NCBI GenBank assembly: GCA_907165135.1
Contig: OU015567.1
Span: 2,294,001 to 2,358,000, forward strand
Length of the DNA: 64,000 nucleotides
Source of the DNA: Oikopleura dioica
Lineage: Eukaryota; Animalia; Chordata
Direction: 5' to 3'
This document shows, one piece after another, positions 1 through 11,134 of this stretch. The stretch's first letter is position 1. Every line of letters starts with the position of its first letter. The translations under genes and the position numbers were made by a program. A model generated the notes under the pieces. That model ran no database searches and was not told where the DNA came from. It saw nothing but the letters and a program-made list of their open reading frames with translations.

Positions 1-2333
1 TGATTGTTCAATAAGCAAAAAAGGGGAACTCTTTTGGTCTTTACGGAAATTTAAGGGGGTGCACACCGGTTTTTCAAACGAGGTTATCGTCTTCTGAATA
101 AAGGGAGGGGAGCCCTTTTTTAATATTTTTATCTTTTATCATTTTTTAGAGTTGTCTTTCTAAATAATTTTGAGAAAAATGACGCTTATCATTTAAACTT
201 CCGTTTTCCCATCCTTCTCCCGGGCGGAAATCCAAAGGGATAATCCAGCATTAGATGCTCTTTAGTTTAAACTCTTTTATGATAATTATATCAAAATGAG
301 TTTGAGAGAAATTTTTTTTTTAGAAAATTGAAGATTTTGAGCTCTAAAATTGACGTCAATTATACCGGAAGTATCCTCTTATATTGAAAAAGCCCTTTTA
401 TAATTTTTTGTCTGGCAGACAATGATAAAAAAGGTTCAACGACACGAAGATAAAGTATCTGCTACAGTAGCGGTTGATAATTCAGGGAGATCAGTTCAGG
501 GCGTTCTTCTTTAGGAGTTATTACAGTGACGACCTTATCTAAGGGAGCCTCTACGCAAGTTGAACTTTCGAGCTGATATTTAGCATAAATTGAGCCCGAA
601 GATCTGTATGAAAATCCCCAAGCAATGCGCATCGGTTAATTCCGTCTGAAGTGTTTCTTCAAACGAAACTCGCCATGGCTCGATGATTTTGAAAATCCAG
701 AATTTGCGAAATTTTCGCCAAATTCCTAAGCTGCTTATCAACAAATCCCAAATCCCATAATTGGGATTGTTTTTTGGATAACAGGCACTTGAGGACCCCC
801 AAGTGGAAAAGCTCTTATTTTCGTTTGAAAAACAGGAATTAATGCTAATTGTAGAAATCTTGTTGGTCCGCGAAATGACGTTAATCAATTTCATCATCAT
901 TATTTTTTGAAGAGAATAGTAGCATTGCATTTCTTTTGCCACAAACGAGGGGATAGAAGAATCCGTGATTGCAGGCCGTTGATGCTGTTGAACTAGCCTC
1001 TCAAATTACGAAAAGTAACGAAACACCCTTAATCTAGCGACCAAATAACAGGTTTGTTTCGGTTGCAAATCATCCTCGAAAAACATCAGAAGAACTTCGA
1101 TGTAAGCAAATTTTTCTTTATCAAAAAAATTGCATTTTTTATCGTCAGAAATCCCCTTTTCGTGAAAATTTCATAAGACATCTAAGCAGTTTGACGTCAA
1201 TTCACAAAGTTCTAAAAGAAAAAATTTTTTTGATAAACATTTAATGAGCTTCCGACTTTTTTTATCTTCGACGGAAAGGGTTAAGAAACGGAAGTTTAGC
1301 GGTTTATGATTATCTTAATTCTTTTATTAATACACTTGTCTTTCCCCTAGCAACATTTTTGAATCGATTTCTGTAACGAAGGAAAAACTGGATTAGGGAG
1401 CTTATTTTTGCCCCGCTCATTGTCCGTAACATTTCATCCGGATCTGCGCTATTCGGACAACATCTGACATCCAGTTGCCCTTTCATGCTTCCTTGCTGAG
1501 GAAGAGAAACAAAGCTTGTTGTCATTATTTATTAAATATTCAGTTTTTATTGTGAAGTGAGCGGGAAACTGTTGTTTTCATACTATACTGAAGTAATGTC
1601 TGTCAATTCTGAAACACTGTTTTTATGACACCCAGACTTAATTACCAGATACCCTTAGCTAAATAATTGACGACAGGTTGTCGACTAGATAATAATACTG
1701 TCAGTCCAAATGGAGACGGAAAATATTCTTAAATTTTCCGATTTTTTGTCAGATTTTTGACATTTTTATCGATAAATTGGTGATTTTAGATTTTCAGCCA
1801 ATCCAAAGCCCGCATTCAACTTATTCTTCCAATCAGATTTATCAAAGTCTCCTTTGAAAATCATTAAGTAAAATTGGTTTCAGAAACTCATTTTTTTTGA
1901 TAAATTTTTGAAAAAGCCTCAAATTACCGACATCGTTTATTTCAAATCTTGGGTCTTGTTTGACCCTGGCTCCGTTAACCCGTGCTCCAAACTTGATCTT
2001 AATCTAACTCGTACACGACCTTATCATCCATCCTCGTTTGATGAAAACGCACACAAAGCCAACACTACCTATCAATAATTTAGAAATATCACTCGGATCA
2101 TCTTTTGCTTTGGCAACTCGGCCACCTGGAGGTTCTTCGTTTGATGGCAGTTTTGATTCGCGAATTTTCAAAACGAACTGATAGAGCTTGAAACCACGGG
2201 TTACAAACAATCCGATCCAGCTTTACGGTCGTTTTTCGGATGATCTAAAAAGGCTCAATTTATGGTCGCAGATTTAGTTCACCCGATTTTCTACCAAAGT
2301 TAACGAAGTGACACCCTTATTTTTTTCCTCATT

Positions 2334-2850
2334 TGATGATTTCAAAAAACTTTTTGTGGGGCCGGAAATCGTAAAAAATCTGTTAGTGCAGTTTTCTTCA
2401 GCTCGTCGAGACGAGTCGAATGATGGGTCTAACTCCTGATAACTGTCAGGATTTACCGGTTTACCGGCTGGTTACCGGAAAATACGTTGTCACCCGCCGT
2501 TTTTGTTCTAGAAATGGTAAACAGATGATCGACCCAGGAAATTGTTCCTTATAGTCGGTTCTACTCTAGGCTCAAAGATGAGGCTCGTATCAATACTCTG
2601 AAGAGAGTTATCACAAAAACAGTAAATTTTACATGCATTTTGTTGTTGCTGCACTTTCCTGATTTTTTGTCCCATTTCTGCCATAAATAGTATTTTAGTG
2701 ATAACTCTCTTCAGAGTATTGATACGAGCCTCATCTTTGAGCCTAGAGTAGAACCGACTATAAGGAACAATTTCCTGGGTCGATCATCTGTTTACCATTT
2801 CTAGAACAAAAACCATTTCCGGCCCCACAAAAAGTTTTTTGAAATCATCA
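2334..2850. repeat. Nested inverted repeats (MITE-like hairpin)
   Basis: Perfect 36-bp outer arms at 2334-2369 and 2815-2850; perfect 115-bp inner arms at 2500-2614 and 2698-2812 around an 83-bp loop; no coding capacity. Confidence 0.8.
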
Positions 2851-3725
2851 TTTTTGCGAAATGACTAAATGCTGATTCGCGTCAACCCCCTTTTTTTCTG
2901 TGACTAGACATTCTTTAGCGATAAAAAACTGGTCAACTCAGGGTCTAAGTAGCAGTTTTCTCTTATCAGGTGCTTATTCCGAAAATATGCAGAAGATTAT
3001 GGCTTGTCGCTGGTAATTTACAAAATCTACCCGAGCAATATTTTTTTTACTAAGTCGAAGAAGGGCAAAGTTTGTTGATTTTCATGGCGTCGCCGTAATA
3101 TAAACATACACCTTGCGCCAAGGTGATTTCCAGCTCTTGTTTGAATTTTTCTTTATAAGACTTCTCACTTCTGATTTATAAATACCCCAAACTTGCTTTA
3201 GAAAAAAACTTTTCCATGGAGCGCTCTTAGCTTTTGCTCTAAAAGGAGATGTGGATTACGCTTGGAAAATGATGTGAAAACATGAAAAGCGTTCTTCTTA
3301 TCTTGGGCTGGACTCGAGTTGGAGCGTCTGTTCTAGAGCAGTCAATCTTGAGCGCTTTTATCCGGTTAATTTCGATGAAAAATAGACTGACATTTTTTAA
3401 AGACTTCGAAAGTTGATGATCTTGAGCGCTGGATGGGAGCTATTTACATCAAAATAACTCGTCGAACACGAAAAGTCGTCGGAATTTGTTTTTGAGGGCA
3501 GCTTCGGCGACCTTGCGGTTTGCTGCAAATCGCTGTGGTTGTGTACTTGACCTTTTTTCTTCATGTTTCGTTGAAATTCGAGTTGGTAGTGAAATTCTTT
3601 CAATGTAATAAGGCCCTTTTATTTGTCAAAATTGATTATTTTTTCAATAAAAATCGAGCAAATTCAGTTTTTTTTTTTCAAAAACGAGACAATGATTGAA
3701 CCTTGCTCTCTCGCCTGAGGGCAAG

Positions 3726-3797
3726 TCCCGAATGGTCTAGGGGTTAGGATTCCGGATTCTCACTCCGGCGGCCCGGGTTCGATTCCCGGTTCGGGAG
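3726..3797 (+). tRNA. tRNA-Glu (anticodon CTC)
   Basis: 72-nt cloverleaf: acceptor TCCCGAA/TTCGGGA, anticodon stem CCGGA/TCCGG with loop TTCTCAC, T-arm CCGGG-TTCGATT-CCCGG; matches the eukaryotic tRNA-Glu(CTC) consensus. Confidence 0.95.
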
Positions 3798-3800
3798 GAC

Positions 3801-3808
3801 TTTTTTTT
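3801..3808 (+). terminator. RNA polymerase III oligo-T terminator of tRNA-Glu
   Basis: T8 run 3 nt after the tRNA 3' end. Confidence 0.8.
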
Positions 3809-4717
3809 CTTCGTATTTTTTTAGAAATTAAACTTCAGATTTTTCCAAAGAAAAATTGCATGAGTTTGCTTATAAACAGACATTTAAAGCAATCTCCTGA
3901 TAACTTAAACTTTTCGGTCGTTGTTTGAGACAAGGAAAAAATTGAATTTGTCGGAATACATAATCAGATCATTTCTGCAGTGTGAGTATTAAAAACCACG
4001 AAATGCCGAGCCAGTGATTTGAAAATTGCGACAAAGTTTGGACACTGCGGTTGGCTTCTCATTTTTGGCGATTTTCGGACTTTGAGTTTTTTTATTCTTG
4101 TTATTTTTAGAACGTAAAGCTCGAGAGTGATAAAAAAACGTCGTTTAGACGTATGATTTTGTTTCGGGAAAAAAGTGATAAAGGAGGAGAACACTTGATA
4201 CATAAAAAGGCATCTTGGCTTATCAAAGACCGTAGCTACTTCAGATGATAGGGAGCGAAAATTATGTTGTACTGTATCTTTGAGAGGGTAAACAAGCAGA
4301 TGTGGCTAGTTGAACCAATAGGCAATTTGCAATTAGGGTTACACCAAAGATCCCTGCTTTGTTTTCCTCCATTATTTTGAAATGTTTTGATGCATCTCCC
4401 CGGTTAGATTTCTCAATGCTAACTCCTCTATTGAAACTTTCACCGAACCCATTAAATCTCCATTTCGTAAGCGGTTCCTTGAACAAACTGGTCGATCAAT
4501 TAATTCAACAAATTATTATCAAGCAAGCAAAGATAAAATATACAACCCGGTGGAATGATAATTGACGGAAGTTTATATTTTTGGAATGCAATCTCGATAG
4601 ATTTTTTGATTGAATCCGGAAGTTTTTACCGCTCTCGTTATTTTTATCAAAATTGTTTTAATTATTTTTATCAATTAATTTTATTTATAATAATAAAATA
4701 AGGGTGTCACTGTCCTA

Positions 4718-6872
4718 GGACACTAAAAATATATTTTTTGAGAAAACTGAAAAGTTCTTGTTTCAAGGAACGAGTATGCTCAGCTGAAAGAGCATCCTCG
4801 ATTACGTATGCTGACTCAATCCGGTGGGGGGCTGAAAACGGAAATTTTCGAAAAAATGGGGTCGAAATCTCGAAAATGGTGGTTCTTATGACGCCAGTTT
4901 TGGGTACTTTTACTATCCCGTTTTAAAAGGTCAATAACTCATTTTGTAGCTCAGAGCCTGCGCTTCGCTGCAAGGTATAGATGAGCCGGTCAGTATCAGC
5001 CAAAGATTTTTATCAGGACCTGAGAAGGTAGGGTACTTTTTCGCGATAAACATGTCCCTTTCTTCTTTGATTTTGGCTAATTTCGTTCTATGTCAGGGTT
5101 GGCTGAATAATAATTGCTATTATTGCCACTTATTGCCACTTTCTGCCGGAGGACCTCCCGGAGGACCCTCTTACTGGAAGACCAACTGCTGGAAGACCAA
5201 TATAAAAAAAAATAAATAAATAGCCTTGCTTGGCCACCTATTGCCACATTTGGCCAATTGTGGTCGCTTTCTGCCGGAGGACCTCCCGGAGGACTCCCTC
5301 ACTGGAGGACCAACTGCTGGAAAACTTGTGGGGAATGAATCTGCCTCAGTGGGAGGAAGACACTCAAGCACATTAAACTCAGTCAGGGAGGGGGCCAAGC
5401 CGACCCGTAGGGGAGGCCATTCAAGCTCATTCGATTCAGTAAGGCAGGGGGCGAAGCCGACCCGATGGGGAGGCCGCGCCCGTCGACTTTATTCAGTCAG
5501 AGTCAGGGCGAAGCCGACCCAAAAGGGAGGCAACGCCCGTTTATTTTATTCAATCAGAGAAATTAGCAAGTCTTTTCTGGTTGGCTTTCGTCTTTTTAAA
5601 TTTCTGTTCCTTTTGGAATCTCGAACGTTGAATCTGTTGAAAACCTCCCAGATTATTCGGGAGACTGTAAGATTTGAAAAATCTCGAAATATTCGGTATC
5701 TTGAAATTTTGAAAGAGACAACCCTTTCGCGGACTCAGACTTTATCAAATAAACGGGCGTGGCCTCCTCTTCGGGTCGGCTTCGCCCTGACTCTGATTGA
5801 ATTATATGAACGGGCGTGGCCTCCCCTTTGGGTCGGCTTCGCCCTGACTCTGACTGAATAAAGTCGACGGGCGCGGCCTCCCCATCGGGTCGGCTTCGCC
5901 CTGACTCTGATTGAATAATATGAACGGGCGTGGCCTCCCCTTCGGGTCGGCTTCGCCCCCTGCCTTACTGAATCGAATGAGCTTGAATGGCCTCCCCTTC
6001 GGGTCGGCTTCGCCCCTACCTTACTGAATCGAATGAGCTTGAATGGCCTCCCCTACGGGTCGGCTTGGCCCCCTCCCTGACTGAGTTTAATGTGCTTGAG
6101 TGTCTTCCTCCCACTGAGGCAGATTTATTCCCCACAAGTTTTCCAGCAGTTGGTCCTCCAGTGAAGGAGTCATCCGGGAGGTCCTCCGGCAATAAGCGGC
6201 CGAAATTGTCCAAAGGTGGCAACTTGTGGCCAAGCGAGGTTATTTATTCATTTTTTTTATATTGGTCTTCCAGCAGTTGGTCTTCCAGTAAAGGAGTCCT
6301 CCGGGAGGTCCTCCGGCAGAAAGCGACCACAATTGGCCAAATGTGGCAATAGGTGGCCAAGCAAGGCTATTTATTTATTTTTTTTTATATTGGTCTTCCA
6401 GCAGTTGGTCTTCCAGTAAGAGGGTCCTCCGGGAGGTCCTCCGGCAGAAAGTGGCAATAAGTGGCAATAATAACAATTATTATTCAGCCAACCCTGACAT
6501 AGAACGAAATTAGCCAAAATCAAAGAAGAAAGGGACATGTTTATCGCGAAAAAGTACCCTACCTTCTCAGGTCCTGATAAAAATCTTTGGCTGATACTGA
6601 CCGGCTCATCTATACCTTGCAGCGAAGCGCAGGCTCTGAGCTACAAAATGAGTTATTGACCTTTTAAAACGGGAAAGTAAAAGTACCCAAAACTTGCGTC
6701 ATAAGAACCACCATTTTCGAGATTTCGACCCCATTTTTTCGAAAATTTCCGTTTTCAGCCCCCCACCGGATTGAGCCAGCATACGTAATCGAGGATGCTC
6801 TTTCAGCTGAGCATACTCGTTCCTTGAAACAAGAACTTTTCAGTTTTCTCAAAAAATATATTTTTAGTGTCC
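4718..6872. mobile_element. Foldback-type non-autonomous DNA transposon (2155 bp) with very long modular TIRs and 3-bp CTA target duplication
   Basis: Termini GGACACTAAAAAT...ATTTTTAGTGTCC; CTA at 4715-4717 and 6873-6875; arms of about 830 and 1130 bp are reverse complements built from ~120-bp and ~58-60-bp subrepeats with unequal copy number; ~200-bp spacer (about 5548-5746); no transposase ORF. Confidence 0.85.
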
Positions 6873-7559
6873 CTAGCTAACTTGGGAGAAAAGGGTTGAT
6901 TAGGTCAGGCCCTTAATAAATCAAAAATGGCTTTTTGAAAAATTGCTCGTAATAAAAGTTGACATTGTATACAAGAAAAATATAATTTGGCGATAATTGT
7001 CAAAAGATTTCGGCTGCCAGAAAAGTGTTGAGCACATAATTACCCAGGGTCATTTGTTCATTTAGGACGCTCGTTTGTGGATACCCGCTATCAAAGAACA
7101 CCACTCTAGGCAAATTGCCAGTTGTTTTTTTGGGGTCATGGAAGGTGAGGAGTCCAAATATGCAGGTGGTCTCACCTCGTTGTCTCGGGACCATGCAGAT
7201 GCGAGCAAGTGCGGCGGATCAATAGCGTAAACTGCCCTGCATCGCAGATAAAATCAACATCCGGTAGCCCCCTTAGAGAGATAATTTGACGCAAACTGGA
7301 ATTTTGAATAATATATTTCGACGATGAAATACAAAATGTACAAGATTTTGAGAAATATACAATGAATACATAATGAATATGAGTTTGTACAAATTATAAT
7401 TCGAAATAAACTGGCAAATTTCTCGGATATTTCTAGGAGTTCATTAGAAAAAGAATTTTTTAATAAAATTAACCTTCGTTGCCAATCTTCAGGCTGATTC
7501 GAAATGCTTAACTCTGACGATTGACTTTCGTCGTCGATATTTTCCGTTCGCGAATTTGT

Positions 7560-8327
7560 TTAAATTTTCCACTTTATAGTTCCACACAATTTTACAGAAC
7601 ATTGTAAGACGAAAGTGTCTTTGTACGTTTTTGACAAGTAGAGATTCATTGCAAAATTTCGGGTGTGAGACCCTTCAAATATCCAGAAAATGCTGCTATT
7701 TATCCTTTGACCCGCGGTTATAAGATAGACAAGGGGGAGTGAGAGACCTGGTTTGAGTTCTCTGGCCAGTTTTTTGATTTTCTCTTTCACTTCTTCGTAA
7801 GTAGGAAAATTAAATTTATGCTTAGCCGCCATATTTTTTGCGAATAACGCTTGCACCGAAGAGATCCGTCTCGATTACGACCTAGATTACCATCACTTCT
7901 ACCCCCAAGCTACTCTTGAACCGCCGCGCTAGCTCACAGCTGTTATCTCATTTTCAAATCTGTACCTATTTGGACTCCTCACCTTCCATAAACTCGTTTT
8001 TTTGACAGCTCGTTTCTAGTTTCTTCCATTTTCTGCAAGCTTGGAAGAAATCATCGTCCATCTTGGCAAATGAGTTTCTAAACAAGCCGATGATATTTTC
8101 GACATGGCGAGGAGTCGTGTTAGGTTGAGCACACGTTTTTCTAGCGCGATGCTGATGATGATGGCCGTGTTCGACAAATTTTTTAAATCGGATGCAAGGA
8201 TGAGTTTTTTGATTTTAGAATTTAACAGCTCAGCAGAAATAAGAGAGCGAACTTTACCTGTTTGACGATTGGCCCAGATATCAATAAATTCAGCTAGAAA
8301 GGGTTGACTGCCTTTAACGAGCATCAT
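7560..8327 (-). pseudogene. Possible decayed tyrosine-recombinase-like coding remnant
   Basis: ORF 7560-7856 reads PTYEEVKEKIKKL...LVYLITAGQRINS...LYLSKTY, resembling the start of a YR catalytic domain (TGxR arginine, KT lysine); several stops separate it from ORF 8016-8327; no HxxR or Tyr box found downstream. Confidence 0.3.
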
Positions 8328-9267
8328 GAGTTATCATGATAAAGAGGGTGAAGAAACATCGTCGGTAGTTTAAGTTTCATTATGAGAATGCTTGTTGCGG
8401 TACATCTTTTCTCATAATCGTCTGAGAAAATACTCAGAGAAGAAGTGTCCCCCGCTCAAGTACCCCTTGCCATGTCTGTCCCTTGCGACTCTTTTGACAA
8501 GTGCATACGTTGTACTTTTACAAATTGAGGGTCTCCTTTCTAGGTCATAAAGGAGCTTTTTCCTCTATAACTTCACTGCGGTCAATTTTATTTCGTTGAT
8601 GTTCAAAGAAAATAGTCGGTAATTGAATCAGAAATTGTTTTCATGAGAAAATAGTTTTAATAGATATTTATTTGACAACTTCTGCTTATTGCCCTGGCGG
8701 ATTGCCAGATTCAAGCAAGTGACATATCAAATGCCGACTCTTTTGAGACAAGACTTGTTCGACTACCCTTATCAACTCAGATTTCGAGCTCTAATAAGGT
8801 TGTCTCTCCATTAATTTTTTGATAAAAACTCCAAGAAAGATCATTTTGTACTGAATATACGTAAGTAACAGTCAGCTTTCATCATCAACTTTACGTATAC
8901 GGTACTAAAAATAACAAGAATGTCAGAGGCATTCGGCTGATTATATGCAATTACTTATGTTTCCTTCCGCAACTTTGCGGTCTCCGGAAAAAGCAGAAGC
9001 AGCTACAATTGCTACCGAAAACAAACAACGTGCCTCTTGTCTGGTTCTAAAGACTCTTAAAACCATCCAGAAAGCGGTATCGCCGAGAGCACCCATTATG
9101 CAAAAGACGCGATTATTCAGCAGCCGTTTCCTGTTCTGTATAACTCCAGCTACATATCAACTCGCAAATATTTCCGATCGTGAAATTACCGCTCGTCTAA
9201 ACAAGCAAAACGGTAATCATTTTCTTCAGAATTCGAAGCCAAAAATGGAGAAAAATAAGAAAAAACC

Positions 9268-9339
9268 CTCCCGAACCGGGAATCGAACCCGGGCCGCCGG
9301 AGTGAGAATCCGGAATCCTAACCCCTAGACCATTCGGGA
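9268..9339 (-). tRNA. tRNA-Glu (anticodon CTC), second identical copy
   Basis: Reverse complement is identical to 3726-3797; followed by a T-run on the minus strand. Confidence 0.95.
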
Positions 9340-9854
9340 CTTGCCCCGAAGCGAGAGAACCTGGTCTTCATCGAGCTAAGATTAAAATTCGGCTAGATAT
9401 TATCAATTCTTTGGTAAAAATCAGCCAAAAATCACATGAATCCGAGTTCATTTCAAAGTTTGGTTATTTTGTTTTTTTGGTTGAAAATTCTAGCGTGAAC
9501 GAAATAATGACGAAAAAATTGTTCGTTGGTAAAAAATATTAACGTTACTTTTTCGCGAAAAATATTCCCCCGACCTTCAGAATTCCGTCCTTTCATTCTC
9601 AAATTCCTTCAACTTGCTCGTTAGCGTGGGGCGGCAACCGCGTTTACGTCACTTTTTCACCGCGAAATTGGGATGTGACAGGTCCTGGCTTTCTATGAAA
9701 AATTGAGTTCTTCCGGCAACAGCCTGGCTTTATCGGCTTAGATTTCTATTTTCCAACGCATAAGAAAGTTCAAGCTCTGAAATCAAGGAAGACTATCTCT
9801 GTGGGCCAAAGACCTTGCAGTTTTTTCTCTTATCTTTTTATAACAAAACTTTAA

Positions 9855-10917
9855 TCATTCGCTTGTACAAAATGAGATCAAGTGATTGCTCTTCGTCAAT
9901 TCTTTATCTTCTGCTGCTCGAACTAGAAATCTAAAAAAGCTCCTTGACCCATTTCTCTGTCGCATTTTCTCACCTCGCGACGTCTTTCCTGCTGATTCCT
10001 TTGGGCTCATTCTTGAAGGCTTCAATTCTATCTCCTGGTTCGACCAAAAAGTCTCCCCCTGTTTTTTCGCCATCATTCAGTCGAGCTGCGCAGCAAATGG
10101 TCCAGTTGACTGCCGTATCTGTTTGAAGCAAAATCTGGCGCATCTCCTCCATATCTTCGAAAATATTGGTGAGGAGGGAGAGACCAAGGCGCGTGAAAAA
10201 GGGCTCTACAGAAGAAGCGTTGTCGGTCATGAACCAGGCTCCAAGGATGAGAAGTCGACTGATGTTGTTGAAATCCGCGGCTTGGATTATATGAGGGATG
10301 ACTTTCGCGTAACCTTCCTTTATTCCACCACAAGGACTGAACGAAAACCGATAAAACTAGGAGTGAAGAAATTTTATTCGATACATAAATCAACAAAGAC
10401 GCGAGAAAAGTAGCAGTAGCAACATGAAAAGAAACGGATTCATTTTTAATGTCATGAATGTTAACACAAAATGTTTATGAAAAAGGAAAGAATGCTAATG
10501 ATTCATTTTACAACGTTTTAAATTGCAAGCAACCAACGGCAAACTATTCGAGATACCTGTAGTTATGACTCATTTTATGAGAAAAATAATTCATTTCATA
10601 TTTGATGAATAAAATCTCGGTCTGTCCCTTATATACCCTTAGATGGCCATTTGGACGAAATGCTATCGATAAGATCAGACGCACCTGAAAGATCCGGGAA
10701 AGCCGCCCAAAGTACTTATCAAGATCTCGAGATCTGCAAAACCAGCTGACAGACTTGCTGTATTGAAGATATCGACCGCTCTGACTTCTACTCGTCTGTC
10801 AAAATTAGTGATTCTCCCATGCCGGACAAAAGCGATAACTGTATGCTTCGACTCTAGAAGCTGGTCGATGACATTTCTCCCTGTAGCTCCAGTGGCTCCA
10901 AGAACTCCTACGATCAT
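9855..10917 (-). CDS. NAD(P)H-binding flavin reductase / biliverdin reductase B-like protein (3 exons)
   Basis: N-terminal GATGATG Rossmann motif; spliced model continues GIKEGYAKVIPHIIQAA...NWTICCAARLNDG...ISRKDVARFLV, matching the atypical SDR (BLVRB/NAD_binding_10) pattern; GT-AG introns restore the frame. Confidence 0.85.
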
Positions 10918-11134
10918 GATTTTTCTCTTTTAACAACTCTGATTTGAAGCGGAAATGACTCTTTAGAAAATAAATAAATTAAATTCGAATCAAGTTATTA
11001 TTTCAAAATTGAGCTTTCAGAAAAAAAAAATCAATAATCATCAGGAACTAGTTCTTTTTTGCTTTCCCGCTTCGTTTTCATCTCAGTTCTTTGTTTCCTT
11101 TCAACGGGCTACAGTAACAATTCTCTAATATAAC

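Noticed and set aside
195-1298. Possible old TIR element (13-bp TAAACTTCCGTTT inverted pair, TGACGTCA motifs) and ORF 580-942
   Set aside because: Similarity is too short and degraded, there is no TSD, and the ORF has no recognisable motif.
1700-2290. Possible Mutator-like transposase remnant (LFVTRGFKLYQFVL)
   Set aside because: Only a vague resemblance, with many stops and no catalytic DDE residues identifiable.
2307-4711. 17-bp inverted pair AGTGACACCCTTATTTT / AAAATAAGGGTGTCACT as TIRs of a tRNA-carrying transposon
   Set aside because: No TSD. By analogy with the 22864 element these look like outward-facing ends of two separate elements whose partners were not found.
5100-6480. Tandem ~59-bp and ~120-bp units as a CRISPR array, and ORFs 5171-6419 as genes
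   Set aside because: There are no unique spacers or cas genes, and the context is eukaryotic. The units are internal to the foldback TIRs, and the ORFs are mirror-image by-products of the repeat.
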